A DNA stretch of 64,000 nt, from IMG/VR virus record IMGVR_UViG_3300030202_003282, positions 52,754-116,753 of that record, one strand, 5' to 3'. This document shows positions 11,431 to 21,933 of the stretch, piece after piece. The notes under the pieces are model-generated. The model ran no database searches. It was not told the origin of the DNA and saw only the letters and a list, made by a program, of their open reading frames with translations. The stretch is from a virus. Position numbers and translations under genes: made by a program. Position 1 is the stretch's first letter. Every line of letters begins with the position of its first letter.

Positions 11431-11811
11431 ATGTTAAATAAATTAGGTCATATATTAAAATATTATGACTCAGAACCTACTGAGATTATGCAAGGTTTAA
11501 TATGGTTTTTATTATTCCCTATTATTTACATATTAGAAGTAGGTTTAAACTTATGGATTCTTATCCCAAGTATTTTAATTGGTTATGGCACATTGAGAGC
11601 AGTGTGCTTTTTCTCTTTACGTAAAAGAAAAACTTTTGCTTATGCATGTTTTATATTATCCTTAGTAGTCTGTGCGTTATTTTTATGTGATGGCTGTCTT
11701 TTAAAAGATGCAACACATCTGGGTTGGATATTTGTAGCTTTTAGTGCTTTAACAAGTTTAAAAAGAGTTACAGCAAGATATTATGCTAAAGAATCATGTG
11801 TAAAAAAATAA
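11431..11811 (+). CDS. Multi-pass membrane protein (holin-like candidate)
   Basis: About four hydrophobic helices; first gene of the + strand block. Confidence 0.55.
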   Translation: MLNKLGHILKYYDSEPTEIMQGLIWFLLFPIIYILEVGLNLWILIPSILIGYGTLRAVCFFSLRKRKTFAYACFILSLVVCALFLCDGCLLKDATHLGWIFVAFSALTSLKRVTARYYAKESCVKK

Positions 11812-11815
11812 TATA

Positions 11816-12130
11816 ATGGAAAATTTAGATAGTTTAACTACAGTACTTGTATCCCTGATGACAGTTTTATTTTCAGCGGGTGCTTGGAAATTTTATGAAA
11901 AAAGAATGGCACTAAAACATGAAGAGACTTCAGATGAAAAATCAGAAAAGAATATGTACAGAGATGATTTACGAGAAAGAGTAAGAAAACTAGAGTCTTT
12001 ATTAGAAGAAAGTTCTAAAGAAAAAGATGAAATGAGAGAGCAAATTCTTTCTTTAACAAGTGAGGTATCAGCCCTTCAAGTTAAAGTTGATCACCTTGAA
12101 AAAGAGAATCAACGTTTGAAAAATATATAA
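11816..12130 (+). CDS. N-terminal TM plus coiled-coil protein (lysis accessory candidate)
   Basis: Hydrophobic N-terminus followed by a heptad-rich coil. Confidence 0.55.
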   Translation: MENLDSLTTVLVSLMTVLFSAGAWKFYEKRMALKHEETSDEKSEKNMYRDDLRERVRKLESLLEESSKEKDEMREQILSLTSEVSALQVKVDHLEKENQRLKNI

Positions 12131-12164
12131 ATTTTTTGTATATTGATAATATAAACTAATAATC

Positions 12165-12437
12165 ATGATTAAAACAATTTTAAACGGTATATGGACATTC
12201 AGTCTTAAAAAAGGTTGGAACTGGGTTTGGGATCAAACTACTATAGACGAAAAAGCTATAGAGGTAGCAAAAGAAACTAAACGAAGAGTAAAAGCAGTTG
12301 GTGAAGAACTCAAAGATGTGGGTGAAGCAATTGCTGAAGTTGCCGATCAAGCTGGTGATGTAGCAAAAGCAGCAGCTGGTAAAAAACGTCCAGGAAGAAA
12401 AAAAGGTTCAACTAATAAAAAGAAAAAAGATGCCTAA
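12165..12437 (+). CDS. Small protein with basic C-terminal tail
   Basis: Amphipathic helix and 'GKKRPGRKKG' tail. Confidence 0.6.
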   Translation: MIKTILNGIWTFSLKKGWNWVWDQTTIDEKAIEVAKETKRRVKAVGEELKDVGEAIAEVADQAGDVAKAAAGKKRPGRKKGSTNKKKKDA

Positions 12438-12588
12438 TTTAAACGGAAAAAAATACTCTTATGATGCAGCTGGAATGGCTCAGTATAAGGAGGATCTTAA
12501 AGCTATGAAAATGGCAAGATCAGGAAAAGAAGTAAAAATGCCTAAGTATAGAAAAGGTGGTTGTACACCAATGAAACTTAAAAAATAA
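12430..12588 (+). CDS. Small basic protein, 52 aa (missing from ORF track)
   Basis: Manual translation MPNLNGKKYSYDAAGMAQYKEDLKAMKMARSGKEVKMPKYRKGGCTPMKLKK; start overlaps the end of the upstream ORF. Confidence 0.6.
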   Translation: MPNLNGKKYSYDAAGMAQYKEDLKAMKMARSGKEVKMPKYRKGGCTPMKLKK

Positions 12589-12592
12589 CATT

Positions 12593-12739
12593 ATGGGCTG
12601 CGGCTGTAGTAATAAAAGAAGAACTGTTAAATCAACAAAAAAAATAAAAAATACTACTTTATTACAAAGTGGTAGAGTAACTTCTGTGTATGATCAAAAA
12701 AATGCACAAGGAAGAAAATCACATAAATACGGTACATAA
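12593..12739 (+). CDS. Small basic 'MGCGC' protein, 48 aa (missing from ORF track)
   Basis: [19 protein letters not shown]...HKYGT; stop overlaps the next start (TAATG). Confidence 0.55.
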   Translation: MGCGCSNKRRTVKSTKKIKNTTLLQSGRVTSVYDQKNAQGRKSHKYGT

Positions 12740-15213
12740 TGGGCACAAAAAAAGTAGCAGGTAAAGCATTAGGCGTTGTAAGATTTAAAGATCTGCATGC
12801 TCAAGTAAAAAATATTGATACTAGTATTCAAGGCAATTTAGCTCTTGGTACTCCAGGTCCACAGGGTCCACAAGGCCCTACAGGTCCGCAAGGCTCTACC
12901 GGCCCAGCAGGTACAGCATCAATTGTTCCTGGACCTCAAGGGCCAACAGGTTCTGCAGGTGCTACAGGAGCAATTGGCCCTCAAGGTCCTCAAGGAGATC
13001 CTGGTACAAATGGTACAAATGGATCTACAGGTGCAACTGGTTCTCAAGGCCCAGCAGGTCCAGCAGGTCCAATAGGTCCAATAGGCCCGGCAGGAACTAA
13101 TGGTACAGATGGTACAGATGGAGTAACAGGTCCTATAGGCCCAACTGGATTGCAAGGTCCAACTGGTACAACGGGTGCAACTGGTGCAATAGGTCCACAA
13201 GGATCAACGGGTCCAACCGGCCCACAAGGAGCACAAGGTGGTGTTGGCCCTGGAATTACATTTAAAGGTAGTGTAGCTGATCAAGCAGCATTGAATGCTT
13301 TAAGTAGCCCATCTGTTGGAGATGCTTATATAAGACAAGATGATGATTCTTTTCATGTTTATGATGGATCAGCATTTGTTAACGGTGGTTCAATACAAGG
13401 TGATGAAGGACCAATTGGTTCAACTGGTCCAACTGGACCTCAAGGTGCTACGGGAGCAGCAGGAAGTAATGGTTCTGATGGATCAACCGGTCCACAAGGT
13501 CCTTCTGGAGCAGCCGGTGCCATAGGACCACAGGGGCCAGCCGGACTTCAAGGACCTACAGGTTCTACTGGATCTAATGGTGCTACAGGTGCTACAGGTG
13601 CAGCATGTGAAATAGAAACTCAAAACTATAATGCAAGTACTGGTATTTTAACTTTAGAATTTTCTGATGCAACTGAAGTTATAACAGGAGATTTAAGAGG
13701 AGCAACAGGAAATGACGGTGTTTTAGGTGGGATGTTTGAATTAGACTATGAATATTATGTAAGTAGTGGAAATGGTAATACAGGTGGAGGTGGACCTCCT
13801 GGCACTCCTCCAGGACCTCAAGCATCAAGTGGTGCTACAAAGTTTAGAACTGCAAATGCAAATGGAGACGCTTTTTCAAATATTACACAGATCTTGTTAA
13901 ATGGGGCATTTGCTCATTTAGATTTATTAAATCTTATAAAAAGAAGTTTTAATGGTATAAATCAGTTTCATACAGATTGTGAGATTTTATTAAAAATGAC
14001 AAAGAAGGATGATCCTTTAACATATAAATTATTTAAAGTTGAAGGTATTTATCATGTATTTACTTTGGGTTTTACCGTATCAGAATTAGAATCTGAAATA
14101 AATTCAAATGATAGTGATCCAGCTAATTGGACAAATGATACTTTTGTATTTACATTCCATGCTATACCAACTCCTACTAAAGTAATTGCAAGAGTATTAG
14201 ATAGTGCTGCTACAATGACTTTACCTTCAGATACATTAGGTCAACAACTAGCATCGGAAGTATTAGCAAGTCATGCATGGATATTAAGAAAAGGAAGTAC
14301 ATCAGGGACTATAATTGCTTCTAATGTTAATCCTGATGATGGATCTCCTTATGGATCTGTACTTTTTAATGATGATGATTGGGAACAATCAACGTCTTTT
14401 ACTTTAACAGCTGCTGATTTTGCAAGTGGTTCACCAACTTTATATTTAACTACTGATAATCCAGGAATTGATGCAAATGAGGCATGGGTTTGTATAAGTA
14501 AAGGTGCAGCATTAAATGATGGTAATACTACTATTAATTCATTATCTGGTTATAGTTCTACTGCAGGAGCTGACGGTTCTGTAGCATGGGCACAAGGTCA
14601 TGGTAATCTTCCATTAGGATCTGATAGTGTTGGAGCTGGTAAAGGAGCTATAACAAATGTAGCTATAAATATTCCTGTAGCTAATGCAGGATGGGGTCCT
14701 GGAACATATTATGTAAACTGTTATGATGAATATGAAGATGGTTGGGGTTCTACTGGATTAGGAATTACACAATCAGCTCAATTTCAACCAGGTACTACAC
14801 CTGATTTTGAAATATTAAACTTAAATTCTGATGGTACAAATAGAACACTAGGTACAGCATTTAATGCTTTAACTACAACATATAGAATATATTATAGATT
14901 TCAATTAGAAAATACTGAATCATCAGCAGTTACTGTAGCGTTTCAACCAGTTGATGGTACAACAGGTATTACAGCAGTAACAGGTACTGAAGGTATTAAT
15001 CATAGAATTGTATCACTTCCAGCATCAAGTACAACAATATTAGAAGGTTATTTAGATGTAGAAGGATTAACACTAGGTAATGGAGCAGCACCAGCTGATT
15101 CAAGAGTTAATATGCAAGCTAAGTGTACAACTTCTGAAAAAACAGTTAAATTAACTGCCGGATTTCCACATGAGTTATGGTGGGAACCATTACAAGTAGT
15201 ATTAAATCCTTAA
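12739..15213 (+). CDS. Collagen-like (Gly-X-Y) fibre/structural protein
   Basis: Two long GPQ/GPT/GAT triplet runs interrupted by a 'FKGSVA...VGDAY...VYDG' spacer, followed by a globular C-terminal region. Confidence 0.85.
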   Translation: MGTKKVAGKALGVVRFKDLHAQVKNIDTSIQGNLALGTPGPQGPQGPTGPQGSTGPAGTASIVPGPQGPTGSAGATGAIGPQGPQGDPGTNGTNGSTGATGSQGPAGPAGPIGPIGPAGTNGTDGTDGVTGPIGPTGLQGPTGTTGATGAIGPQGSTGPTGPQGAQGGVGPGITFKGSVADQAALNALSSPSVGDAYIRQDDDSFHVYDGSAFVNGGSIQGDEGPIGSTGPTGPQGATGAAGSNGSDGSTGPQGPSGAAGAIGPQGPAGLQGPTGSTGSNGATGATGAACEIETQNYNASTGILTLEFSDATEVITGDLRGATGNDGVLGGMFELDYEYYVSSGNGNTGGGGPPGTPPGPQASSGATKFRTANANGDAFSNITQILLNGAFAHLDLLNLIKRSFNGINQFHTDCEILLKMTKKDDPLTYKLFKVEGIYHVFTLGFTVSELESEINSNDSDPANWTNDTFVFTFHAIPTPTKVIARVLDSAATMTLPSDTLGQQLASEVLASHAWILRKGSTSGTIIASNVNPDDGSPYGSVLFNDDDWEQSTSFTLTAADFASGSPTLYLTTDNPGIDANEAWVCISKGAALNDGNTTINSLSGYSSTAGADGSVAWAQGHGNLPLGSDSVGAGKGAITNVAINIPVANAGWGPGTYYVNCYDEYEDGWGSTGLGITQSAQFQPGTTPDFEILNLNSDGTNRTLGTAFNALTTTYRIYYRFQLENTESSAVTVAFQPVDGTTGITAVTGTEGINHRIVSLPASSTTILEGYLDVEGLTLGNGAAPADSRVNMQAKCTTSEKTVKLTAGFPHELWWEPLQVVLNP

Positions 15214-15221
15214 TTTTTATC

Positions 15222-15422
15222 ATGGCAAGTAAAAAAAAATGGATTAAAGGAGCTATAAAAAATCCTGGCTCATTAAATGCGGCAGCAAAACGTGCTGGTA
15301 AAAGTAAATCAGAGTTTTGTAAAACTGCAAAAGGTAAAAATAAAAAACGTTGTACATTATGGAAAACTTTAAATAGAGTTAGACCATCTAAAAAAGCAGC
15401 GTATGGTTTTGAAATTCAATAA
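15222..15422 (+). CDS. Small basic phage protein (KKWI..AIK.PG.L type)
   Basis: Likely start at ATG 15222 (MASKKKWIKGAIKNPGSL), not at 15177 as in the ORF track. Confidence 0.6.
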   Translation: MASKKKWIKGAIKNPGSLNAAAKRAGKSKSEFCKTAKGKNKKRCTLWKTLNRVRPSKKAAYGFEIQ

Positions 15423-15433
15423 AAAAAGAAATT

Positions 15434-15838
15434 ATGGCAGTCCCAGCTTTTGTAACTAAAATATTTGGTGGCTTATTTGGTAAAGCAGATAAGATCATAG
15501 ATGAGATTGTAACTTCTAAAGAGGAAAAAATGACTCTTAAGAATGCATTACAACAAATGCTTATTGACAGTGAGGCAGAGCTTCAAAAAAATGTAACAGA
15601 AAGATGGAAAGCTGATATGTCTTCTGATTCTTGGTTAAGTAAAAATGTTAGACCTATGGTTTTAATATTTTTAGTTCTTTCTACAGTAATAATGATTTTT
15701 ATTGATGCTGGTTGGATTGAATTTGATGTTGAGCAAAAATGGACAAGCTTATTAGAATTAGTCCTTATTACAGTTATTGGTGCCTATTTTGGTGGCAGAT
15801 CTGTTGAAAAAGTAAAAAATACTAATAGAAAAAAATAA
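15434..15838 (+). CDS. Holin (3TM, GTA-holin-like family)
   Basis: 'ERWKADMSSDSWLSKNVRP...YFGGRSVEK' family signature. Confidence 0.85.
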   Translation: MAVPAFVTKIFGGLFGKADKIIDEIVTSKEEKMTLKNALQQMLIDSEAELQKNVTERWKADMSSDSWLSKNVRPMVLIFLVLSTVIMIFIDAGWIEFDVEQKWTSLLELVLITVIGAYFGGRSVEKVKNTNRKK

Positions 15839-16002
15839 TGAGTTCAGAAACTTCAGGTTGGGATGCTTCATTAGTATTACATTGGCCTCATGATAGATTT
15901 GCTTTAGGTTGGGAATATATTGGACCAACAAGACAGTTTCCTGCTACAACAATTAGTATTTTTTTGTTTGTAGCAACAATCAATATAAATATTTATAAGT
16001 AA
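15838..16002 (+). CDS. Hypothetical protein, 54 aa (missing from ORF track)
   Basis: MSSETSGWDASLVLHWPHDRFALGWEYI...; TAATG coupling to the holin. Confidence 0.55.
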   Translation: MSSETSGWDASLVLHWPHDRFALGWEYIGPTRQFPATTISIFLFVATININIYK

Positions 16003-16174
16003 CTTACAATCATGAATGAAAAAGAACAATGGGTTTTCATCTATTGGGATGATTGGCGTCCAAAAGATAATGACACTGAGGAAAAACCTCAAGAACATAA
16101 ATAAAAGAAGTATGTGGTCCTGGCTTTAACAGTCTTGGCTTTTCACTCCCACACACTTTCTTTCACTCAACCAT

Positions 16175-16432
16175 CTATAGTTTACCCAACCTTTTCAGTT
16201 TACGATAAATTGAGATTGGTTGATATATTATACCAATTAAGAAACCATATATTGCTATATAAGCTCCTATTAAAGGCCATATGGGCATATATCCATAATA
16301 CCATTCATCCCATACAATTGGGGTGGCATAAATAACTTGTATTATTCCGTAGATAGTTGCTGGGATTTTCATCATTTGTGACCATCCTTGCTTTACGTGT
16401 TTAGTAAAAAACCATGTTAAGTATTCTTTCAT
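16175..16432 (-). CDS. Membrane protein
   Basis: Two hydrophobic segments. Confidence 0.6.
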   Translation of the reverse strand: MKEYLTWFFTKHVKQGWSQMMKIPATIYGIIQVIYATPIVWDEWYYGYMPIWPLIGAYIAIYGFLIGIIYQPISIYRKLKRLGKL

Positions 16433-16448
16433 GTTTGTTGATTTTGAT

Positions 16449-16997
16449 TTATAATCTTTTCAGTCTTATTTTAATATCATGAGGAGCTGTCTCATCTCCA
16501 CCAAAATAAGGCCATAAAATATATTTATTATAATTAGTTCTAATTCCACAATTACGAGGAACCATCTCACATGTATTGTTTACGCATAATACATAATACT
16601 CTGATTGTATATCAATACTACATATATAATTAACATTTGGTTTTATATATGTTATAAACCCATATGTAAAAGCTTCATTTTCATGTTTAAACCATAAAAG
16701 TTGTAAACGATCATTATAATATCTCCATCCAAACCTTATAGAGTTATCCATATGGTGTGATTTGCAATCACTAACTCCAAAAAGTTTATTTATATCAGCT
16801 TGATTTTCTTCAATTGTTGTTTTATAAATTGCAGAACTGTCAAACTTGACTTTAAATTCTAAATAGGTTGAGTTTGTTGATCTATATTTAAAAGTAGATC
16901 TGTGGGTGCCTTGATAAATGGTAAATATTTCCATACCTTCTTGGTCAATTTTTTTACAACCAAAAAAAAGTAATAGAAATATAAACAGTTTTCTCAT
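16449..16997 (-). CDS. Predicted lipoprotein with a beta-sandwich/lyase-like domain
   Basis: Lipobox-type N-terminus 'MRKLFIFLLLFFGC'; C-terminal 'LWPYFGG..TAP'. Confidence 0.6.
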   Translation of the reverse strand: MRKLFIFLLLFFGCKKIDQEGMEIFTIYQGTHRSTFKYRSTNSTYLEFKVKFDSSAIYKTTIEENQADINKLFGVSDCKSHHMDNSIRFGWRYYNDRLQLLWFKHENEAFTYGFITYIKPNVNYICSIDIQSEYYVLCVNNTCEMVPRNCGIRTNYNKYILWPYFGGDETAPHDIKIRLKRL

Positions 16998-17188
16998 TTA
17001 TTAATATCAATTGCTTTAATTTCACCTAATCTATACCATTCTCCTAATTCTAAATCATCATGTGTTATAATTATTTCAATACCGTGTTTAGGGCTTTGTA
17101 GGTGATACATATTTACACGGACTTCTTGTATTACTTGATATTTCTTACATCCAAAGAAAAAAAATGGTATTAAAAGTAAAAGCCTCAT
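16994..17188 (-). CDS. Small predicted lipoprotein
   Basis: 'MRLLLLIPFFFFGCKK' lipobox-type signal. Confidence 0.55.
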   Translation of the reverse strand: MRLLLLIPFFFFGCKKYQVIQEVRVNMYHLQSPKHGIEIIITHDDLELGEWYRLGEIKAIDINK

Positions 17189-17359
17189 ATTATAAAGATA
17201 ATAAAAAAATTGACATTTAACAGAGGAAGGCAGGCCAGAAATGCAAAACTAGCCTGATTGGTTCCTTCCGTTAAGATCAATTTTTGTCAAATGGATCTTT
17301 TCTGTTTATAATTAAATATAATACAGTAGATAAAATAAGTATCTTTAATATTATAATTA

Positions 17360-17647
17360 TCATCTATGATAGAATATATTTTCTTTAAAATATACTCTTG
17401 GATAAAAATGCCTATCATCATCCCATTCTCTTTCTCCATCTTCAATTTCTTTTAAAGTAAGATAAACTGTTGCATGTTTTTGTTCATAAACAACAGCAGG
17501 AAAAAAAGAATTAATTTTATCATAATCTTCTGAATCTAAATACTGAGTATTTAATTGAAATGAAGTCTCATTAATTTGAGAAACTGAAAGATCATGACAT
17601 TCTAATAAACTTTCTAAATTAGACAATTTAGTTTTAGCATTCATCAT
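17360..17647 (-). CDS. Hypothetical protein
   Basis: ORF coupled to the upstream gene. Confidence 0.6.
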   Translation of the reverse strand: MMNAKTKLSNLESLLECHDLSVSQINETSFQLNTQYLDSEDYDKINSFFPAVVYEQKHATVYLTLKEIEDGEREWDDDRHFYPRVYFKENIFYHR

Positions 17648-18498
17648 ATTTTATAATTACCCATTGTAAAAAAATCTTGTGCTTCAATATCTGCTGCTGC
17701 ATTTGTTGCTTCTTCAGGTATACTGCTAGGACTATCTGTGGGGTTAATTCCCATACTTGATAATACATTAGATGTATAAAATTCATGAAACTTTTGCAAA
17801 TCACTTAACCAACTAGTAGGATGAGATTTTTTTAAAGCATGTGTTACATGGTTATAAAATACCCATGCATTTTCTTGATCACATTGATAATCATAAGAAG
17901 GATCAGTCATTTCTTTTTTAACTGTAGAAAGATGACTTGTTTCAAGAATATTTTCCTCAGCATACAAACGTCCTAATAATTCAGATTGTGTTTGCTTATC
18001 TAAAGTAATATTTTTCATATTTCTTTTATCATCCACAAGCCTCTTATAGAATTTTTCAGCACTTTTGATTTGATTACTTATTTGCATTTTAGCATCAAAA
18101 TTTGCACTTCCTGTATGTTTTCTTGCATATGACATCATATCTCCTGCACACATGCCATTATTACATACTAAAACATATCCTCCAATTGCACATTGAAATC
18201 TTATTCTTTTATTGTAACTGTTTAGCCAAGCAAACATCATTCCCAATTCAGTTTCTGAATTTAAATTAGGATCTAAATAATTATTCTTTGGTTTTATATA
18301 ATAGATGCCTTGAGCAATTTGTGCTTCATCAGTACATCTATATTGCTCATCTGTAATTACAAACCCAGAAGCATTTAATAAATTTACGGTGTTATCTATA
18401 ACTTCTCTATGAGGAATTACAGTATAACTTTTTTTATGATTTGGTGTTGCAGCATTAATAATATCATATTTATCTGCAAATTGAATTTTTTTTGGCAT
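17644..18498 (-). CDS. DUF932/DUF945-like protein
   Basis: 'Y.VIPH..V', 'NSYN...G..VLVC.NG', 'RKHTG', 'W..YN.VT..LK' motifs. Confidence 0.75.
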   Translation of the reverse strand: MPKKIQFADKYDIINAATPNHKKSYTVIPHREVIDNTVNLLNASGFVITDEQYRCTDEAQIAQGIYYIKPKNNYLDPNLNSETELGMMFAWLNSYNKRIRFQCAIGGYVLVCNNGMCAGDMMSYARKHTGSANFDAKMQISNQIKSAEKFYKRLVDDKRNMKNITLDKQTQSELLGRLYAEENILETSHLSTVKKEMTDPSYDYQCDQENAWVFYNHVTHALKKSHPTSWLSDLQKFHEFYTSNVLSSMGINPTDSPSSIPEEATNAAADIEAQDFFTMGNYKI

Positions 18499-18500
18499 AA

Positions 18501-18725
18501 TTAATCAATTAATTTATTAGTTAAAGGAATATCAGCTTTTCTTCTTTTAAGTTTAGCTTCTCTTGTTTTTTGTATAATGTATTCCCTAAAAGTTCTTTCA
18601 TTAAACTTAGGGTTAACCTTTTTTAGCATTTTAGATAAGTTTGCTAATAACTCATTTCTACATCCATCATTAACGACAGATATAGAAATGGCATCAGCAA
18701 TTAAAATGAAATCTTTTTTAGTCAT
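18501..18725 (-). CDS. Small phage protein (MTKKDF..IA / NP.F...F family)
   Basis: 'MTKKDFILIADAI...NPKFNERTF'. Confidence 0.6.
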   Translation of the reverse strand: MTKKDFILIADAISISVVNDGCRNELLANLSKMLKKVNPKFNERTFREYIIQKTREAKLKRRKADIPLTNKLID

Positions 18726-19087
18726 TTTTTGTTAAGAATTTGTTTTTCTTCTTTAGAAATTTCATCCCAATTATATTTAGGAAGACTTTCTTCTTTAACA
18801 AATTGACCGTTGATCATTTTTCCTTTTCTTTTTGCTATTACTTTATATGCTGATTCAAGACATTCTTCAAGAGATACTTTTTGCATTTTAGCTTGAATAA
18901 TAAGAGTGACCATAATGTCACCCATAGCATCTATAATCTCTGCACGGTCATCACTATTGATAGCCGTGCAAAGCTCTGTTGTTTCTTCCAATGTTTTTAA
19001 TGCTTGGGCCATTGGTGTAGCTTTTTCAAAGATACCTTTATCTTCTGCCCATTTTTCTACGGCACATTCTAATTCAAAATAATCCAT
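18722..19087 (-). CDS. MazG-like nucleotide pyrophosphohydrolase
   Basis: 'KTLEETTEL...DAMGDIMVTL...AYKVIAKRKG.MING.FVKE'. Confidence 0.88.
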   Translation of the reverse strand: MDYFELECAVEKWAEDKGIFEKATPMAQALKTLEETTELCTAINSDDRAEIIDAMGDIMVTLIIQAKMQKVSLEECLESAYKVIAKRKGKMINGQFVKEESLPKYNWDEISKEEKQILNKK

Positions 19088-19096
19088 TTTTTTAAT

Positions 19097-21088
19097 TTAA
19101 AATAATTGTAATTGATTTGCTGAAACTTGCAATATATTATTGATTTCTTTTTCTATAGCTTGTAAATAATAGCCATTATCAATATTATAATTTTCCCACT
19201 TGGGTTCAAGTTTCATATCATTATAGATATGTTGTAACCATTTTCCAGCTTCTAATTGTATTTCTCTTTTATCTTCTTTATTTACTTTAATAATTTTTAC
19301 GCCAGATTTGGTGATATAATATCTATTGATTTTTTGCAATTCTTCTTCATTAAATTCACCATTTTTAATATACCTGGATACTTGTTTCCAATTACCTTTT
19401 GATTTACCTCCTATACAATAGTCAAGAATATTTTTATTTTTATTTAAATATTCTTCTGGAAGTATATCATGAATAAAGTAATTGTAAATAGCTTTAGGTA
19501 TAATTAATTTTGATTTATTTTTATGAAGAGCTAAATCATGAAAATCAAATCTACCTTTCATTTTAGCAGGTGCATAAAGAAATTTATTATTTACTATTTT
19601 AAATAAATAATGCGGGTTAGATTGTTTGATTTTTCTCCAAGTTGTAATGTCCACCTCTTTAAAATTATTTAGACCAATGTAATTATTTACATCACCTAAA
19701 ACTAATTTTTGGTATTCATCATGTTCTAAGTTCAAATCAGTTATATCTTCCCATTCTTTACATATTTCCATATACTGATCATAATATTCTCTAGGTATTC
19801 TAGTTTCAATACCATCAGTATTTTGTAATAACGCCACAGCTCCAGGTATTCTTTCCATTATCATTTCATATAACATCATCAAACTAAGTTGACCATTTAC
19901 AGTTATACGCATACATAATTCAGGATCATAAAAAAAGCTGTTTTCATCATTACTTAAACCAAAAGTTGAATTAAGTATAATTTTATAAACATAATTCATA
20001 GGATTGCTCTTAGGAATTTTCTTTCTTTCTTTAAAGAACCATTCATACTGATCACAAAATTCTTCTTTTGGAAAATGTGCTGGGGACCATTTATTTTTAA
20101 TAGCTAGGTTTGGATAAAAACTAGTAACATCTGAAGACATAATCATATGTTCATCATCAGATACATAAACCCCTTTTTTTCTAGCTCCATGAACACCACC
20201 TAAACCAAAATGTGTAGAAACATTTTTATAATCAATGTGATATTTAAATTGACCTTTTAGTCTCATAGCATCTAATTCAACAGCTTTAAACCGGCTTAAT
20301 AGATTCTGAAACTCCAAAGACTCAAACTTTATATAAGGAAGTATAATATCATTTAACTTAATAGTATCACGATAAGTTCTCATCTTTTTAATTTCACCTT
20401 TATAAATATTAAGTTTTTTACTTAAATAATAAGCAAATAACTCTTTACTAATTCTAGGTTCAGATGCTGAGAATAAATTAATATTATACTGCTGCGTAAG
20501 ATCTTTACGTAGTCCTATTTGTGATTTTGATCTATTATAGATTTCTTTAGTTGATTTTACGTCATTAATGCAATATCTAATTATAAGATCAATCTCCTCT
20601 TTAGAAGAAATATTAGTAGTATGCTCAATGGGCATGTCAATAATATTTTCCCAATCCATACTATATTGGATCCATTTAAGACTAGATCTTTTAGCGGGAT
20701 TATCCCAATGATGCATTTTAAAAATATCAATTTGACCAATAGTTAAATGCCATTGTGGATATACCTGCCATTGTTTACTTTTAGATCTATTGATACAATC
20801 TTGAGCCATTTGATAAATCCAGGCAGCTATTTCTTCTGGAGTTTGAGTTAATAAAAAATCTTTATTATTTAATATATGCTGAGTGATCTGTGCATCAAAT
20901 GCTAATCCATTATAAGATATATGCCACTCTCTATTTTCAACGTTATTTTCTAAAAAACTTATGAATTCTTCTAAATCATTCTGTAAAGCATGTATAACAA
21001 AGATTTTTACCTCTTCTTTTTTATAATGTTCAAACACGCCTACAAAACAATTAGATAAAGTTTCATAGTCCATTACATAGTGATTCAT
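19097..21088 (-). CDS. Family B DNA polymerase (crAss-type)
   Basis: Exonuclease motifs 'DYE', 'YNGLAFD', 'YCINDV'; polymerase motifs 'DVTSFYP', 'KIILNSTFG', 'NTDG'. Confidence 0.92.
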   Translation of the reverse strand: MNHYVMDYETLSNCFVGVFEHYKKEEVKIFVIHALQNDLEEFISFLENNVENREWHISYNGLAFDAQITQHILNNKDFLLTQTPEEIAAWIYQMAQDCINRSKSKQWQVYPQWHLTIGQIDIFKMHHWDNPAKRSSLKWIQYSMDWENIIDMPIEHTTNISSKEEIDLIIRYCINDVKSTKEIYNRSKSQIGLRKDLTQQYNINLFSASEPRISKELFAYYLSKKLNIYKGEIKKMRTYRDTIKLNDIILPYIKFESLEFQNLLSRFKAVELDAMRLKGQFKYHIDYKNVSTHFGLGGVHGARKKGVYVSDDEHMIMSSDVTSFYPNLAIKNKWSPAHFPKEEFCDQYEWFFKERKKIPKSNPMNYVYKIILNSTFGLSNDENSFFYDPELCMRITVNGQLSLMMLYEMIMERIPGAVALLQNTDGIETRIPREYYDQYMEICKEWEDITDLNLEHDEYQKLVLGDVNNYIGLNNFKEVDITTWRKIKQSNPHYLFKIVNNKFLYAPAKMKGRFDFHDLALHKNKSKLIIPKAIYNYFIHDILPEEYLNKNKNILDYCIGGKSKGNWKQVSRYIKNGEFNEEELQKINRYYITKSGVKIIKVNKEDKREIQLEAGKWLQHIYNDMKLEPKWENYNIDNGYYLQAIEKEINNILQVSANQLQLF

Positions 21089-21429
21089 ATATTTTTAGAG
21101 TTTTTAATATCTGTTATTCTTTTTCTTAGTGCATGTTTAAACTGTGCATTTAATTGCGGCAATTTAACATACCATTCTAAATAAGGTAGGTCCTTACATT
21201 CTTGTATAAGCTGATTTTTATATTTACCAAAAGTAAACTTTTTTACTTCAAATGTTCTAGTTTCAGTAATAGTAGAATATTTAAATTGAAATTTTCTTTT
21301 TCCTTTCATTACTAGTCTACTCTCATCAGCACTTTCTTTAATTTTTGTTACGGGAATTCCCAACATTTCACCGGCCAACTTCATTGATTCAAAATTTTGA
21401 CGTGTGAAAATATCCATTACTGGTTTCAT
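21085..21429 (-). CDS. NUMOD1-like HTH fused to a DUF3820-like 'FGKY' domain
   Basis: 'FESMKLAGEMLG' and 'FTFGKYKN...YLEW'. Confidence 0.55.
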   Translation of the reverse strand: MKPVMDIFTRQNFESMKLAGEMLGIPVTKIKESADESRLVMKGKRKFQFKYSTITETRTFEVKKFTFGKYKNQLIQECKDLPYLEWYVKLPQLNAQFKHALRKRITDIKNSKNI

Positions 21430-21440
21430 AATTTAAAAAT

Positions 21441-21472
21441 AAAAAAAGGGATACAAATTAATGCATCCCTTT
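21441..21472 (-). terminator. Rho-independent terminator
   Basis: Minus strand AAAGGGATGC-loop-GTATCCC followed by a T7 run. Confidence 0.7.
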
Positions 21473-21501
21473 AATGATAAACATAAAAAGAACTTAACAA
21501 T

Positions 21502-21933
21502 TTAAGCGTTAGGTCCTAGAATAAGATTTGAAGGCTTTACATCTTTTGTTTCTACAAAATATTCATCAGTATCAAATTCTTTATAGTTAATAGCAAATAA
21601 TGCTAAAAATGTTTGAATATCCTCTTTTTCAGTTAAATAAAATTCAGAAAAAGTATCTACAGATACTCTTTGCTCTTTAACTGTTTTTCCGGCTTCTTTG
21701 TTAGGTACTTTAAGCCTTTGAGGTTGTCCTTCTTCATTTAGTCTTGGGACCATATGAAAAGACTGTTTCATATTTTTTGTTATTACAGCAAGGATTGTTG
21801 TTGTAGGATCAAACATTGCTTCAACATATGGGCAGTCTAAAGTGACTGGTACTAGATTAAAAGTTTTGACATTTCTAAATGTCCCTGTAGTAAGGAGCAT
21901 GTTAGCTCCAACGGTTGGTTTTGTATTTGCCAT
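21502..21933 (-). CDS. Hypothetical protein of the crAss-like replication block
   Basis: 143 aa; coupled start/stop. Confidence 0.65.
   Translation of the reverse strand: MANTKPTVGANMLLTTGTFRNVKTFNLVPVTLDCPYVEAMFDPTTTILAVITKNMKQSFHMVPRLNEEGQPQRLKVPNKEAGKTVKEQRVSVDTFSEFYLTEKEDIQTFLALFAINYKEFDTDEYFVETKDVKPSNLILGPNA

Noticed and set aside
12845-13525. Alternative-frame ORFs and short repeats in the collagen gene, including a Cys/Thr-rich antisense ORF
   Set aside because: By-products of Gly-X-Y codon periodicity; not CRISPR repeats or separate genes.
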